Part shown: in pieces, positions 1 through 12,490 of the stretch
Numbering within the stretch: position 1 is the stretch's first letter
Layout: each line of letters begins with the position of its first letter
Assembly: GCA_010909165.1 (NCBI GenBank)
Contig: MU008186.1
Location: forward strand, 558,001-622,000
From: Anthoceros angustus
Taxonomy: Eukaryota; Plantae; Anthocerotophyta
Direction: 5' to 3'
DNA length: 64,000 bases
Position numbers and translations under genes: made by a program
Notes under the pieces: model-generated
Databases searched by the model: none
The model's input: only the letters and a program-made list of their open reading frames with translations
Told to the model about the DNA's origin: nothing

Positions 1-1080
1 TCTTCAAGCATGTGGGACCCTGTCCGAAATGGAGAAAAGCGTACTTGTAGGTGGTCAACTGGTGAAGGAGAAGACGCTGGAGCAGGGCAAGAAGATACAT
101 ACTGAAGCTATTCAAGGGGTTTTGGATCAAATGTCTTTGTTGCTAACACTTTGGTAAGTATGCATGCAAAGTGTGGGAGCATTGTGGATGCGCAAAGGTG
201 TTTGATAGTCTGGTAGAGCGCAATGTAGTGTGGTGGAATGCAACGATTGCAGCCTACGCTCAGCAGGACCAAGGAGAAAAGCCTTTGCCTTGCAGATTTT
301 TGAACAGAGAAGCAAAGGTGAGGCCAGATACTAGGACCTTCGTCAGCGCTCTTTCAAGCATGTGGTGCCATTGCAGAGAATGAGGACAGCGTTATGGTGC
401 TTGGGCGAAATGTCAAGGTCGTAACCCTGCAAAAGAGGAGCTAATGGGACTGGTTCTGATGGAGATTTCTTCTTTAACAACAGTCTGGTTAGCCTGTATT
501 CGAAGTGTGGAAGCATCACAGAGGCACGTCAGGTGTTTGATGCATTGTCCCAGCGCACTGTAGTATCATGGAATGCACTAATTGCAGGCTATGCTGCCCA
601 ACATGAAGGTGGAAACGCCTTAGAGATCTACCGGTAAATGCAGAAGCAAGGCATCAGGCCTGATGCGCGGACGTTTGTAGGCGCTCTCCAAGCATGTGGC
701 ATGGTTGCAGACCAGGAGAAGAGTTCTCTGGTGGATGGGCAGTTTGTCCAGGTGGAGTCTTTGCTACAGGCAAAGGTGATACATGCTGAGGTTGTGAGCA
801 TGCATATATGGCCCTTGAAATGGACATGTTTGTGGGTAACACTCTGGTTAGTAAGTATTCAAAGTGTGGGAGCGTCAAGGATGCAGAAGTACAAGAATTT
901 GACAGATTGTCCAAGCGCAATGAGGTGACGTGGACGCTCATGATTGCAGCTTATTCTCAGCAGGATCAAGGCGACAAGGCTCTACAACTGTACATCCAAA
1001 TGCCAGAAGGCGTGAAGCCACAGGAGTCTACATTTGTTTCTTGTCTTGGAAGCTTGTAGCAATACTGGGGCCTTAGAAAT
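1..1080 (+). pseudogene. PLS-class PPR gene, frameshifted, 5' part outside the window
   Basis: Motifs YSKCGSITEARQVFDALSQRTVVSWNALIAGYA and NTLVSKYSKCGSVKDA...VTWTLMIAAYSQQDQGDKALQLY, spread over several frames with stops. Coding similarity ends abruptly at about 1080. Confidence 0.9.
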
Positions 1081-1083
1081 TAA

Positions 1084-4000
1084 ACCTGTGTTCGAGTTCA
1101 CCAGCATGTTATTGAGACTGGAGGCATTATTCCGGACTACTGATCGTTGCCCCACCCTGACGGTCTCTTACCGGAGTGGTCTACATTAGTGCAGCAAGTT
1201 ATCAAGCTGCTGGCGTGCTCGACGCAGGCTCTTCAGACGATATCACAAAAATTGTACAGTGCTGGCACTTGAATTGATCGGTGAGTACCTGCCCCATCTG
1301 GAAGTGGCTTCCACGACCGAATTGGTTAATAGGGTGGGAGAGGCGTAGAGGCGTGGTAGCAGCAGCGGAGTAGTAGGCGTACCTGTCCCTTTGGCAAGGG
1401 CGCTTAGCGTGAAGGCTGTCTAAAAGCAACCTCGTGATGTTTGTTGGCTTGCTTCGTGAGCCGAGGTTGCTGCAACGAAAGACGGAGAACGTAAGTAAGC
1501 ATGCCTAATGTAGGCCTGTAGGAGGAAGAGCCACCCATCTTGGACTGCTACTACATACCTCCAAAGGAGACGTGTATTGGTGGTACCGGGTGGTGTTCCG
1601 GCAGCTGCAGAAAGCGTTGGCCGTGAGGATGAGGCAGTTCTTGGGATTCTCGCGATCGGGTTCGTGGTCACTGCGCCTCCCAAGCCCTGCCTGCCGGGGC
1701 GCCACGGCCAAAGGAGAGCCAGGCCATTAGGCGACCAATCTCTGTACATCTCACAAACGGCGAATTACAAATGATAGCTTAACATGGATAGCTGGATTAC
1801 AGCAATTGTGCCGTTAGGATCGTTGTGAAGATTGGGGTAGCTTAGGTACACATAAGTTCGCATGAATTTGTTAAACACCAAAATCCCAACCACATGGACA
1901 GAGATTAGGCAGCACTATCCACATCCTTGAGCACTCTACGGAAATGAGGCAACTCAATTTTCTTCTGGTCCATACCATCTATCGCAATCCCTATGTACTT
2001 GGTCGGTTGACCGATGAGAGTGCGGAGCTTGAAGAGGAGGGGAACTGAGGTGACGTGGTAGGGCAGGAACCCAGAGGGACTTCCCGCGATGCTTCGCCAT
2101 TTTCCTGCGCTCCATCTGTTGTTGATCCCGGTGATAATTGAGGAGTTCTCTGTTTCTATCTGCACATACAAGGGCCACCATCAGTACGCACCCGCGCAAC
2201 AATGCAAGTGTTCCTGCACTGTGGCCCAAAGTCATCTTCGTGCCAAATCCTAAGCCCAAAAGGCCTTAGGGTTTGCGCCGCACACGTCTACCAGTACACA
2301 GCCACCCAATCACCGGACATCCCGGTGTTTACAGTGATGAGGTAGAGGGATTCTCGGATTGTACCTTGCTCTATGTCGTTCCCTGCGTTTTTTATTTTAG
2401 CTTTTAATTTCTCACAGACAACACAGACCGAGAAGCGGTTGGATCTTGGTATTTTAACAGACCTAAAGTGCCGTATCCACAACTTGCAAAAATAGCTGTA
2501 ACATACATGTGTGGTAATCGCTCTTGCTTGTTGTCTAGCATACTCTATGTAAATCTCCTCCTTTGTGAATGTATCAGGCAGGTTGAATACTGCCGTATTG
2601 GGTAGTCTTTCCACATTTCCTTTGAAAAACAAATCCATCCACATCACAGCCTGCAGACCATACGAAGTAGGAATTTTACCAGTTCGATCGGAAAACCTCG
2701 TCCCCTTTGTACTCTCCGAGCATTCCAATGAGTGCCCCAATGCAAAAACACGGCAAAATTCCCTCACACATACCGAAACCTTTCCATGTGGTAGCTTATT
2801 CAGCCATTCAACACTTCAAACCCTTCGACCTCCAAGGCTCACGCCCGGTCCATGAAGGTAAATGTCTTGTCTTATTAGATGTGTGTGGCTATTTGCCAAG
2901 GACTTGATGCACCTCCTCCTCGTATACATAGATGTTAAGCATCATGCCATTTCTATAATTTATTCAAGGTCCTACACTAAAAACAGCTTATTTTCTCGAA
3001 CTTCTATATAAGACATGATGTTGTGAAGCTCTTGGCCTTTCCTCTAACCTTGTCTTATTACATGTGTGTGTATATTTGCCAAGGACTTGATGCACCTCCT
3101 CCTCCTATACATAGATGCTAAGCATCATGTCATTTTATAATTTATTGAAGGTCTCACACTAAAAATAGCCTATTTTCTCACCCATACAAGTTTCTATGTA
3201 TTTTTAAGGAGTTTCTAATCTCCTATGATCATGAGTTTCCTTGTATCATGAGGTTCTCTTTTCTAATTTTTATACTAGGATGGGTCATGGATGGTAGAAA
3301 TCGCTTCACAAATAAAGGCATACACTTTGACTTGAAAATCATCTTTAATTCTCCAAACCCGCTTAAAATAAACAAATACTATGGACCCACAAACTCCTCC
3401 TCCTCAGCGAGATATCGAGAAGTGGGAATACGTAAGCAGGTGCGGTGGCACTCGGCGGACTTGACTCAAGCCCGGGTGCCCGGTGGAGTTCCTTACGAGG
3501 CTTTTGCCATCCGGGACCAGCTATCAAACACGCATAACGTTAACAATGTTCTTATGCGTGCGGCGAATTCAACGCCTCAAGATGAAGGAGTCGACGGTGG
3601 CGGCTCACACATCTAAGTTCGAGCTTGCGAGGCGGCTAGCCTCTCGGCTCAACGATGACCGAGACGCCGCCGCTCAACTCCTAATGAGTCTCCGGTTCTT
3701 ACCGGCGTCACCCAATCGATGGCGACCAGCGGCACCACCGGCTCAATCTTCTCTCGGCGGTGGAGGACATCGCTCATCGCGGCGAGGCGGCGCCGCCTCG
3801 GCAGGAGGGTCCAAGCCCGATGCAGAAGCGCCCACCCGCTTCAAGCCCGGGAGGAATTCAAGGGCAAGGCGAATTTCACCCCTAAAGGTGACTCAACCTC
3901 TGCGCCTCCTCGGGAATTGGTGCGGAGGCTGCCATTGGGCACGAGTGCCGCAAGAAAGAGGCCGGAGGCATGAGAATGCCGACCTGCGTCGAGGCGGCCA

Positions 4001-5000
4001 GCTTGAGCGACACAGTTCCTCGTCTTCAATCACATCAATCTGGTCTTGCAAATGCTGCACCTGCTCCCCTTAGTCATCGAAAAAGGCCACGGCGGGCTTT
4101 ACCATGTCCCAACTTTCCTATGCACTTTCTCACACAAGACCGCCTCCTCAGTGCACAAAGCTTCGCCCACTATGCTTCGCCAAAACATTGTCCACCTTAA
4201 TCCTTGCGGCATGGTTCTTGGTGGAACACATAACCCCAAAATGGACTGCAACTCCAACCCCTCGACTTAGGATTAGCAGGAGCAAGATTGCAACCGCCAG
4301 AGGCCTCGTTCCACCTCCTCTCCAAACAAAGGCAATCGGATCTCGTACCACATTTGGTCTCTCCGCCTTCCACCGCTGTAACCTCCTTGACCCACTCTCG
4401 AACTCCAAACCAAAATCGACGATGCCATGCACTTTCTCACCACCCGCGACTCAAGAACACTCTCCTTCCGATTCCGTCGTTCTCGATTCATGCGGTGAAA
4501 CACAACGTTGAAAATACTCCGCGACCCACACAGGATCCTGTAGGCGCCACCATGTCTTGTACAAACGCTTGATCGAAAATAACGGTGACCCTAATTAGTG
4601 TTTTCACGAGACGAGCTTCGTGGTACACAACATTGTTTCGTTAAGCGCGTGGAGTGCGGGCAAGTTCCTATTTATTGCACAAGATGTCACGGGTGCAAAG
4701 TCTAGAAGCCACGTAATGCAAGAACAAACGGTGACTAAACTCAAATTCCAATGATGAGCATTCAAGGCTCACAGACAGAACAAGAAAACAAAATAGTGCC
4801 ATCACCCAAACAAGTGCAGCGATTTTGCGTGATGGTTGCCGGCCGACGGCAAGCTTGCGCAAGCACGCTCGTCGCCAACCATCACGCATTCAACGCAAGA
4901 GAAACAATTAGGAGGCATGAGGGCAATGCCCTACGCTTTGTCCACTGAAAGCATAGAATATGAGCCGTTTCTTATAGTCCCTAGGTAGCCAGCCCATTTC
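1084..5000 (-). mobile_element. Degenerate DNA transposon, DGMDQ-motif DDE transposase (Sola/DUF7869-like)
   Basis: Minus-strand FCKLWIRHFRSVKIPRSNRFSVCVVCEKLK (2288-2767) followed by YIGIAIDGMDQKKIELPHF...VHVVGILVF (about 1760-2010). Superfamily assignment is from remembered motif similarity. Boundaries are approximate and no TIRs were found. Confidence 0.6.
2867..3180. repeat. Diverged direct repeat pair, about 130 bp units with 183 bp period
   Basis: ttgtcttatta...atttgccaaggacttgatgcacctcctcctc...tacatagatg..aagcatcatg occurs at 2867-2997 and 3050-3180. Confidence 0.85.
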
Positions 5001-5067
5001 CTAGTACCCATTAAGATGATGGCGGCTACTAACACGACCCAAAGTTCTAGCACATCAACATAAATGC

Positions 5068-5180
5068 TCACATTATATTCTCACATGTTCACATAATGCT
5101 CACATGTGAACATAATGCTCACATGTGAACATAAGGTATAATGTATCATAAGGTTAAGCTATGTATTGTTCACATGTGTA
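5068..5180. repeat. Short tandem array of a ~19 bp cacatgtgaacataatgct unit (second copy at ~29215-29345)
   Basis: Directly visible repeats containing the palindrome CACATGTG. Confidence 0.8.
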
Positions 5181-6229
5181 CACCGCAAATAGAAAATATA
5201 TAAGTTGCAAAAATTGAGAACGGAATTGTAAGAAGTGAGGTATTGTAGGTAATGGATGCCGAGTGCTTTGAGCGGATGTTGATTCCCTCTTGTTGAGTAC
5301 GGACTCCGCTTCCCATTTCTTGGAGTGCAATTGAGATGTTCATATCGCCGTGGTGCTTCTTATAAAGAGGAAGATTGACGGCTTCTTATGACCAGGAAGA
5401 TTGACCGCAAGATTGACGGCTTCTTGACCAGGAAGATTGACCGCTTACCGAGATTGTAGGAGGTCATGTTTTGACAATCCTCGATTCCTATGCCCATGTC
5501 TCTTGCATCCAAGATAGGATCACAATCTTGGTAACTCACATTCCTATAACTCTTTATTTTGTACAAGAATTATAGGTTCTGGTCATCTCATTTGCAAGAA
5601 CCTTCCTCATTACATTTACCGTTTGGACATTTATATATGATATGTAATCTAAAAAGTACCTATAATTATTCTAACTAATTTTACTTACTCGTTCGAAATC
5701 ACCCACTTACCTCATGATCCACCTACATATGTGCCAAGGAAACCGCCTTACAGGTGCAAAGAAAACCGCATGTCAAGCGGTTTCCTTTGTACATAAATGG
5801 ATCTTGCTCCCATGTTTCAAATCCAACTGTTCTAGGTTTTGTCATGATGTGGGGATATGGGCGTACATAGGTAGAAGATGGTAACATGGGGAGTTTGTGT
5901 TGCTCTTATAGAAACTCATGGTAATACAAGAACCGAAACTTTTGCGAAGCTGTAGCCGGTCCCGATCCCAAGTGCTTGAACAAGCGCGTAATGGCTTCAT
6001 AGATGGCCTTTGCCTTGCATTCCTCAGGCTAAACGTGCTTCTAGTTTTGAGCTGGCGATCCAGCGGCTTACAACTATGTTATGTTCCTGGAACCAAGACA
6101 CGGTCGATCGAGCTACCAGTGCAGGGGCGAGGTGCACGCCTTTCATCATCGGGCAACACCCTGCCGTTTGTCTGCCTCTATGTCTCACTCTCTGCTAGGA
6201 TGGAGCTGGCCATTTGGGATGCTTGCGAT

Positions 6230-6700
6230 TGAGGAGACGTGGTGATGAAGGGACAATTAGGCAGCTCCTGGTGGAAGCAGGACAAACGCAGTCCATCTTG
6301 TGCTCAAGCAGGCGTGCACTGAGGAAGCGTTGGAAGAAGCATTGCAGTTCCTGGTGGAGCGGGGAAAATGTGCTCCATCTTGTGCTCAAGCGGTGCATGG
6401 AGGAGACGGCTTTAGGGCTTGGCAGGCATTCCGTGGAGGAGCTGAGCAGGCGTGCACTGAGGAAGCGTTGGAAGAAGCATTGCAGTTCCTGGTGGAGCGG
6501 GGAAAATGTGCTCCATCTTGTGCTCAAGCGGTGCATGGAGGAGACGGCTTTAGGGCTTGGCAGGCACATTCACGGCTAGGACACCTTGAGCAACAATGTC
6601 TTATTGGCTCGTCTGCATGTCGCCTATGAGTGTGGAGGGCGTGAAGAACCGAAAGCACTTGCAGCCTGGTGGGAGGACATTAGCAGAAGGCCTTCCGCAA
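6230..6700 (+). pseudogene. N-terminal fragment of a PPR-like gene with an internal 138 bp tandem duplication
   Basis: LHLVLKRCMEETALGLGRHIHG...SNNVLLARL..AYECGG resembles a first PPR motif. agcaggcgtgcact starts at both 6307 and 6445; the copy at ~30480-30700 has only one unit. Confidence 0.5.
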
Positions 6701-7174
6701 ACAAGTATTTGCCTCTCTCCTATTGCCCTTCTCGCTACACAATAGCCTGTTGTTGTCTTTCAATGCCAGAAATGGAGAAAGAAGAAGCTTACGAAGATGT
6801 AGGAATGTGGGCCGTTCTAAATACTCCATTGTATAAACAAGGCTGAAACATCCATCTGGCGTCAGTTTATCCAATTGGTGCTATCCTGTGCAATTTCAAC
6901 TGGTCCTCTTTAATATCCACTGCCAAGTGTGTCACTGCTGATTGATCCCGGTTTTCTTCGCCTAATCTAGGTTCATTTGTCTTGCCTATGACTAGATTTC
7001 ATGTATTGAAGGGGCCGACTGTGTCCCGTCGGGTGAGCTTTCTCTAGAACTTGTACCAATTTGGCACCATGGAGAGAAGCTAGAACTGTAGGTCCTGCAG
7101 GCTATCGTTGTCACACGGGTGTTTTGGAATATGTAGGTGCTTCCTTCCAATTCTGTAGATTCTGTTTCTGCCAA

Positions 7175-8670
7175 TGGCACTTGGCTACAACTTTCAGCTC
7201 AACTTGTGCTTATGTTAGCTCTTGGTTTGTCGTGATAGTGCTATTTCTAAATTTTACAGGCTTCGTCTTGTGGCACTTGGTACAACTTTTAGCTCAATTT
7301 GTGCTTATGCTAGCTCTTGCTTTGTAGTGATAATGCTCTTTTTCATTATTACAGGCATCGTCTACATGTCTGGTTTAGCTTCACTACTGAAGGAAATGTA
7401 TGCTTTGATTGGATGTTGAGTCTTGTGGCGGCATCTCAACTCTTCTTGCAATCAAGTCCCTCTGGTTGTTAGCAGCAGATATTAAGGTCTGTAAACTTGG
7501 AGCAGTGTCTGATCCAGACGACATGCTAGCTTCCTCTCCTCCCAGCGACCAGTTTCCGTTGTATCAAGAGACCCTATTGCAGAAGTTGCAGACACTACAA
7601 GCATCAATCTTGGGCTCAACCCTCCTTGTTCACAAATTTGATCAGCAGCGGCTGCCAGGATGGTTGCCAGCGTATTCTCTTCTGCATCTTCGGCTGGGAG
7701 ACATGCTCATTGAAGGCAAACAGCAGGTCAGCTCTAAGCAACAGATGTAAGATGAGCCATACTCTCAGCATTCAGAGGTGCAGCGCTACCGCGGGCAGCG
7801 TGAGTGTGTGCAGCAGCATTGCGGGCTCGGCGCGCAGCAGCGCGATGTGCGCGGGTGCTGAAGGCCGCCTCCCAGACCCACACGCGCGGGCTGAAGCTCC
7901 GGGCGCCATGGCTGTGCACTCGCGTTCCTGAGGTGTGTATGGCCCCTTTTCGGTTTCGTTTTTTGGTTTCGATCGCCATCGGTTGCCGGAGGAGGACGAA
8001 AGAGGAGCATATGGCAATTATGGGCATTTATGTAGATGCCCATGTGAGCCTCATGGGCTGCATAGGCACATGGAGGGAATATTCGTCTTTATGATATGCC
8101 CGTTTTTGTGTGGGTATATTTCAGAGTATTTAGTTATCCAGTATAGCCATATTATTTTCTTCGTTAATATGGCTGGCTATTTCGATTCGTTAGCTTAAGT
8201 TTTCTTTTGACTAGCATATCATATTTTAAAAAGAATTATATAGTTATATTAGGCTCATTTTCAAGCCTATTTTCGCCCCTACTTCATAGTGAGTGGGAGT
8301 AATAAAATATCTTATTAATTAGGGCACTATTCATTAGGGCACCTAGAAATATCTTTAGTTAAATACCTAGAATTAATAATTAATTAATATAAATACCTAG
8401 AATTAATAATTAATTAATTCATAAGGTTAGAAGTAGTTAATATACTTAGTTATTGGTTATGATGGTTACAACCACCTATAACCAACTCTACATTATATAC
8501 ATATGCTTTGTTCATTATAATTAATGCTACAAACATCTTTGAGCAAGAGCATGATTCTCATCACTATTTCGACTTTTACAGCCTCTGCCTAGTGGCACTT
8601 GGTACAACATTCAGCTCAATTTGTGCTTATGCTAGCTCTTGCTTTGTAGTGAGAGTGCTGTTTTTATTTA
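7175..8670. repeat. Dispersed ~80-96 bp unit, three copies (7175, 7271, 8593)
   Basis: tggcacttgg(c)tacaac.ttcagctcaa.ttgtgcttatg.tagctcttg at each position. Confidence 0.8.
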
Positions 8671-9079
8671 CATGCATCTACACGCCTACCTTGCACCGGA
8701 TCACCGCCCGTGAGTCTTGGTTGCAAGTGTGTGAGCCGGGTTCAAAAGTACCTCCACGCATCAGTGTCTCGCCATAGGCAACATAATTTTAGGGATATGG
8801 TGACAATATGACAAAAGTATCTTTGGGTTGGACAACCACCATATTTGAGCGTAAAATATTTGAACAAACTCAATCAAAGCTTATTTGAACACTGCGCAAG
8901 CTTAAGATTTGTTCGTGTGATGGAACGCTACATTATTTAAAAGCTAAACCGTGATCAGCTTATGAACATTCACCAATGTTCCAAGCGTTCACCAACCAAG
9001 CAACCTCGACATTTAAACAGACCTACTCTTCTAAAGAACTCCAACACTAAAACCAATAGCAAACCTTGCACATTCACAT

Positions 9080-12000
9080 CATCGCGGCATAAGCAATCTT
9101 TCTCTTGCACTTATTTATGCACTTATCGCAGAGCCATCGTTTCCTTTCCTTGTGCATATCTTACTTGTGCGAGTTGAAACAGCTCCCACATCCGGTCTTG
9201 GAGGGATTTTAGAACCTCCTCGACTCTCAACCAGCATCCACATTGACATCCTCTTCATCATGGCCACCATGTTAGGCAATTCAGCTGGTCGGGCAATGTT
9301 TCTACCAATCCGGTCACATCGCATGGCTCCGCCCAATTTGCAAAGTTGGGTATAGCATTTCCCAAACCAGCTACATGCAAGCCCGCCTTGGCCGAACACG
9401 AGAGTTGCATCACGAAACTTTCGAATCCACTTGTAGTTGCTGGACTCTACAACCAGAGGATAACCAGTTGTCCTTGCACGATATGGTTTCCACCTTTATC
9501 CTCACACATGAGATGCAAATGAACCGCCTTGCCAAATTGAATCGAAGCCATTAACGCTTCTTGGAAGGATACATTATCACTACACAAGAAGGGACGACGA
9601 GGCATGGTGGAGCCATGATATCCTATAATAGCATCCATGATGCATTGCAAATCCTCAATGTTTCTCTTTTCGCTCCATCAACTTAGCTTCAAATAAGTAA
9701 TCAACTCTACCTCCTTTTGATTCTTGGCTAGTTTGTCCATCGCTCCGAATGATGTATATCAACCTTTGGGATAATATATCAAGCTTCCGGAATATTACAA
9801 GAAATGTCCAACGTTGTCCTATTTCCCACGCGGAGGTCGAGTGACATCAGAAATAAATTGTTGACACAAAAGTGACTTGTCGACTTGGAGCTTGTGACCA
9901 TATGTGACGAGGCACAAGATGTGTCACCTTCAATACATAATCTTTGCCGTTCATAAAACTCGGTATTCCTCCGCAATATCCGCCAAGTATTCCGATCTAC
10001 AAATTCCTCCACCTTATGACGTGCTCTGTTGCCACGTACTTCGCCAATAGGAGGCCAATCATATTCAAAACCCACTCGTTTCGTAACAAAATACCCTTCA
10101 CCATCGCAAGGTTCGCTCTTCATCTAGAAGAAACTTTGTTAAATCATCTCAAGGTATGCTTGGTTCCGTCTCAATTTGCAAGGTACCAAATGAGTTACAC
10201 AAGGTTGATGAAACCTTGTGCCAATGCAACTCTGGACTTCCCTAGGTGAAGCACAAAAGTCTCTCAATTCTTCGAGGACATGATGTCTCATAAATGTATA
10301 GGCAAACCCACGGGTTGTTTTGACCGACAAGTATGTCAACAAAATCGCCAATCGCTCCTCCACCGATTCTATGAAGACATCCATACCATTGTAGAATATG
10401 GAAATAAGATTGTAGCCAAATATGTATTGATGAGAGTGCATTCCCAAGGCCACCTTGGAAAAAGACGATTTTGCAAGACCACCTTAAGAAAAGAAACAAA
10501 GTTAGTACAACACTCAAATGCAAGGTATCACCTTCAGTCACCCTCTTCACCACAAAGGATTGCAGGAAAAAGAAAAATATTTACCTGAAGCCTTGGGAAA
10601 AAACCCTTAGTTAAGGAAGTTCGAACATCTTGACATTGTAAGCGGCGGCCTATAAACTCATAGTTTTCATCATTCTCATATCTAATTGGCCAATGTAGAG
10701 ATGTTTCACTACTTGAGCTTGCTTGCCGATTGATGGTTATTGGAATGAAAAATCATTGAGTACTCATATCTTTTAGAGGTGCCTCATAACATAACTCCAA
10801 CTCCAACATAATATTCACCAAGTCTTGAGCCTCAAGTCCGGTATAGCCCTTTGAAAAGTTAGTAAGAATTGACTCAAGTGGCTTTCGCTCTACAAATCCT
10901 TGAGGAGTGCGGGGTAAGAGTGGTGTATGTGGATGCATGAGATGACCTAGAAAGTCGTGGGTAATCAATTAGGATTAATTATTATCATATTTTTACTTTT
11001 CAATGGATAATTTTTCCAACATCATGAAGATAGGATGACATTGCAGATACTATATTCTCGCTCATCGACTTGCATTGATTTAACTCCACAAGTTCTTGCA
11101 CACAATAGGTTTCAAATTTTTTGGCTGCATCAAAGGTTGAGAAGGATGATTTGATACTCAATTTGTTACATATATTAGGAACTACTTTGAGTTTTCACAT
11201 AAATTTTTAAATTTTACATACCACATGCGATATATTCTCTATGTGTTTTATTGCATTCGCTTGATAACTTGCATTTTGGAATTAGATCTATTATGTCTGA
11301 AAACTGTTTTTAGATTATTCATTTTGTGTCTAATAAACTTTCAATAAATTGCTCATTAGTTTTAAATTTATCTAAAACGTAATTACAATCAATAATTTTG
11401 GTTTCACTACACTTCCTGCGTGACATTAGATGCAATAAATGTTAGCCAACACTTCAATTCATCCTCAAACTTTGTGTTAATTTGTTCGTTTGACATCATC
11501 ATCCGAAACATGGTCAAAGGGACTAAACACGAACGCAAATAGACAAGCTTGATGAATATTAGGAAAGAGATAATCATGGAGAATGCGATATTCAGCTTGG
11601 CGGCTAGATCCCAAATGCTTACTTGCAAGTCTTAAGCCCTCAAATAAATGTTCAATTTCTATGCCTTTTGTCATCTCCCATGGTGGGAGCTTATCCATCA
11701 TCCGTCGGCATCCATCTTTGAGAATACCCGTAAAGCGAGAACCATTTTTCGACGTATTGTAGTTTTACTGCAATCATTTTACGTAAATTGCATTAGACAT
11801 TAACAAAGAGTAACTCACTTTGGCATATTGTGTAGGGAAGCATCCGTTCTGGGGCAGTTTATGATCTCTCCAAACTTGGGTACGAGTCGGATGCATCTTG
11901 GGGAACCATATGTTGCGCATGTATGCATCTGCGGAAGGTTGCAAGAGGCCATGGGCGTGTTCACGGTGGGCATACCAGATGTCTTCATGTGGTTTTCCAT

Positions 12001-12490
12001 CATCTTCGCACATGCTCGATCGGAAACCTAAGGAGGCCATACACCAGATCATGAAATTTGCAAATGTGTGCCCTTTGCCCGCCGCAAACAATGAGGGTAG
12101 ATCGTGTGTATACCCTTGGGAGTATGCACAGCTTGGAAAGCAGCGACGCCGAAGTCTTTGTGATGTCAAACGCTTCTCCGACAACTGCGGCTTTATCACT
12201 TGGGGAGAGCAGTGCCTTTTGGGATGTGAGCGGAAAGCAGGAGCCGAGCATCCTCAGTTAAGGAGAATGTCCACACCCACTGCTTCCGCCATGCCATCTA
12301 TAAGCGAGCGAAGAATTATTGCAAAAGCTTTAGTGCTAGAGATGAAATTTCCCAAGAGTGACTAATCGCAGATCACCAGTGTAGGAGACAATAGATGATA
12401 GCATGCTGTACCGCTCAGATGAATAGTGGAGCTATCATCCATGTAGTCTTCGACCTCGAGAGCAGGTCACCTTGAATCATCACTGTTGAG
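9080..12490 (-). pseudogene. TRN1-like: TORNADO1-like LRR-Roc-COR (ROCO) gene, many frameshifts
   Basis: Collinear TRN1-type motifs on the minus strand: Roc G3 IWDLA(GQ)AEYRILHDYLFP, FEDELKCWLTFIASN, YLHDVGKIIH, FVERKPLESIL...QDLVNIMLELELCYE, HLHLMCEDKGGNHIVQGQL and C-terminal FQLAQVRY...WLCDKC. The P-loop K|TT is split by a GT-AG intron. Confidence 0.82.

Noticed and set aside
1080-1110. TTAA at the PPR-transposon junction as a target-site duplication or TIR end
   Set aside because: No matching inverted terminus or second TTAA boundary was found, and the PPR does not resume downstream.
5736-5787. 11 bp inverted repeat aaggaaaccgc/gcggtttcctt as a terminator or MITE end
   Set aside because: Short arms, no U-tract relevance in a eukaryote, and no target-site duplication identified.
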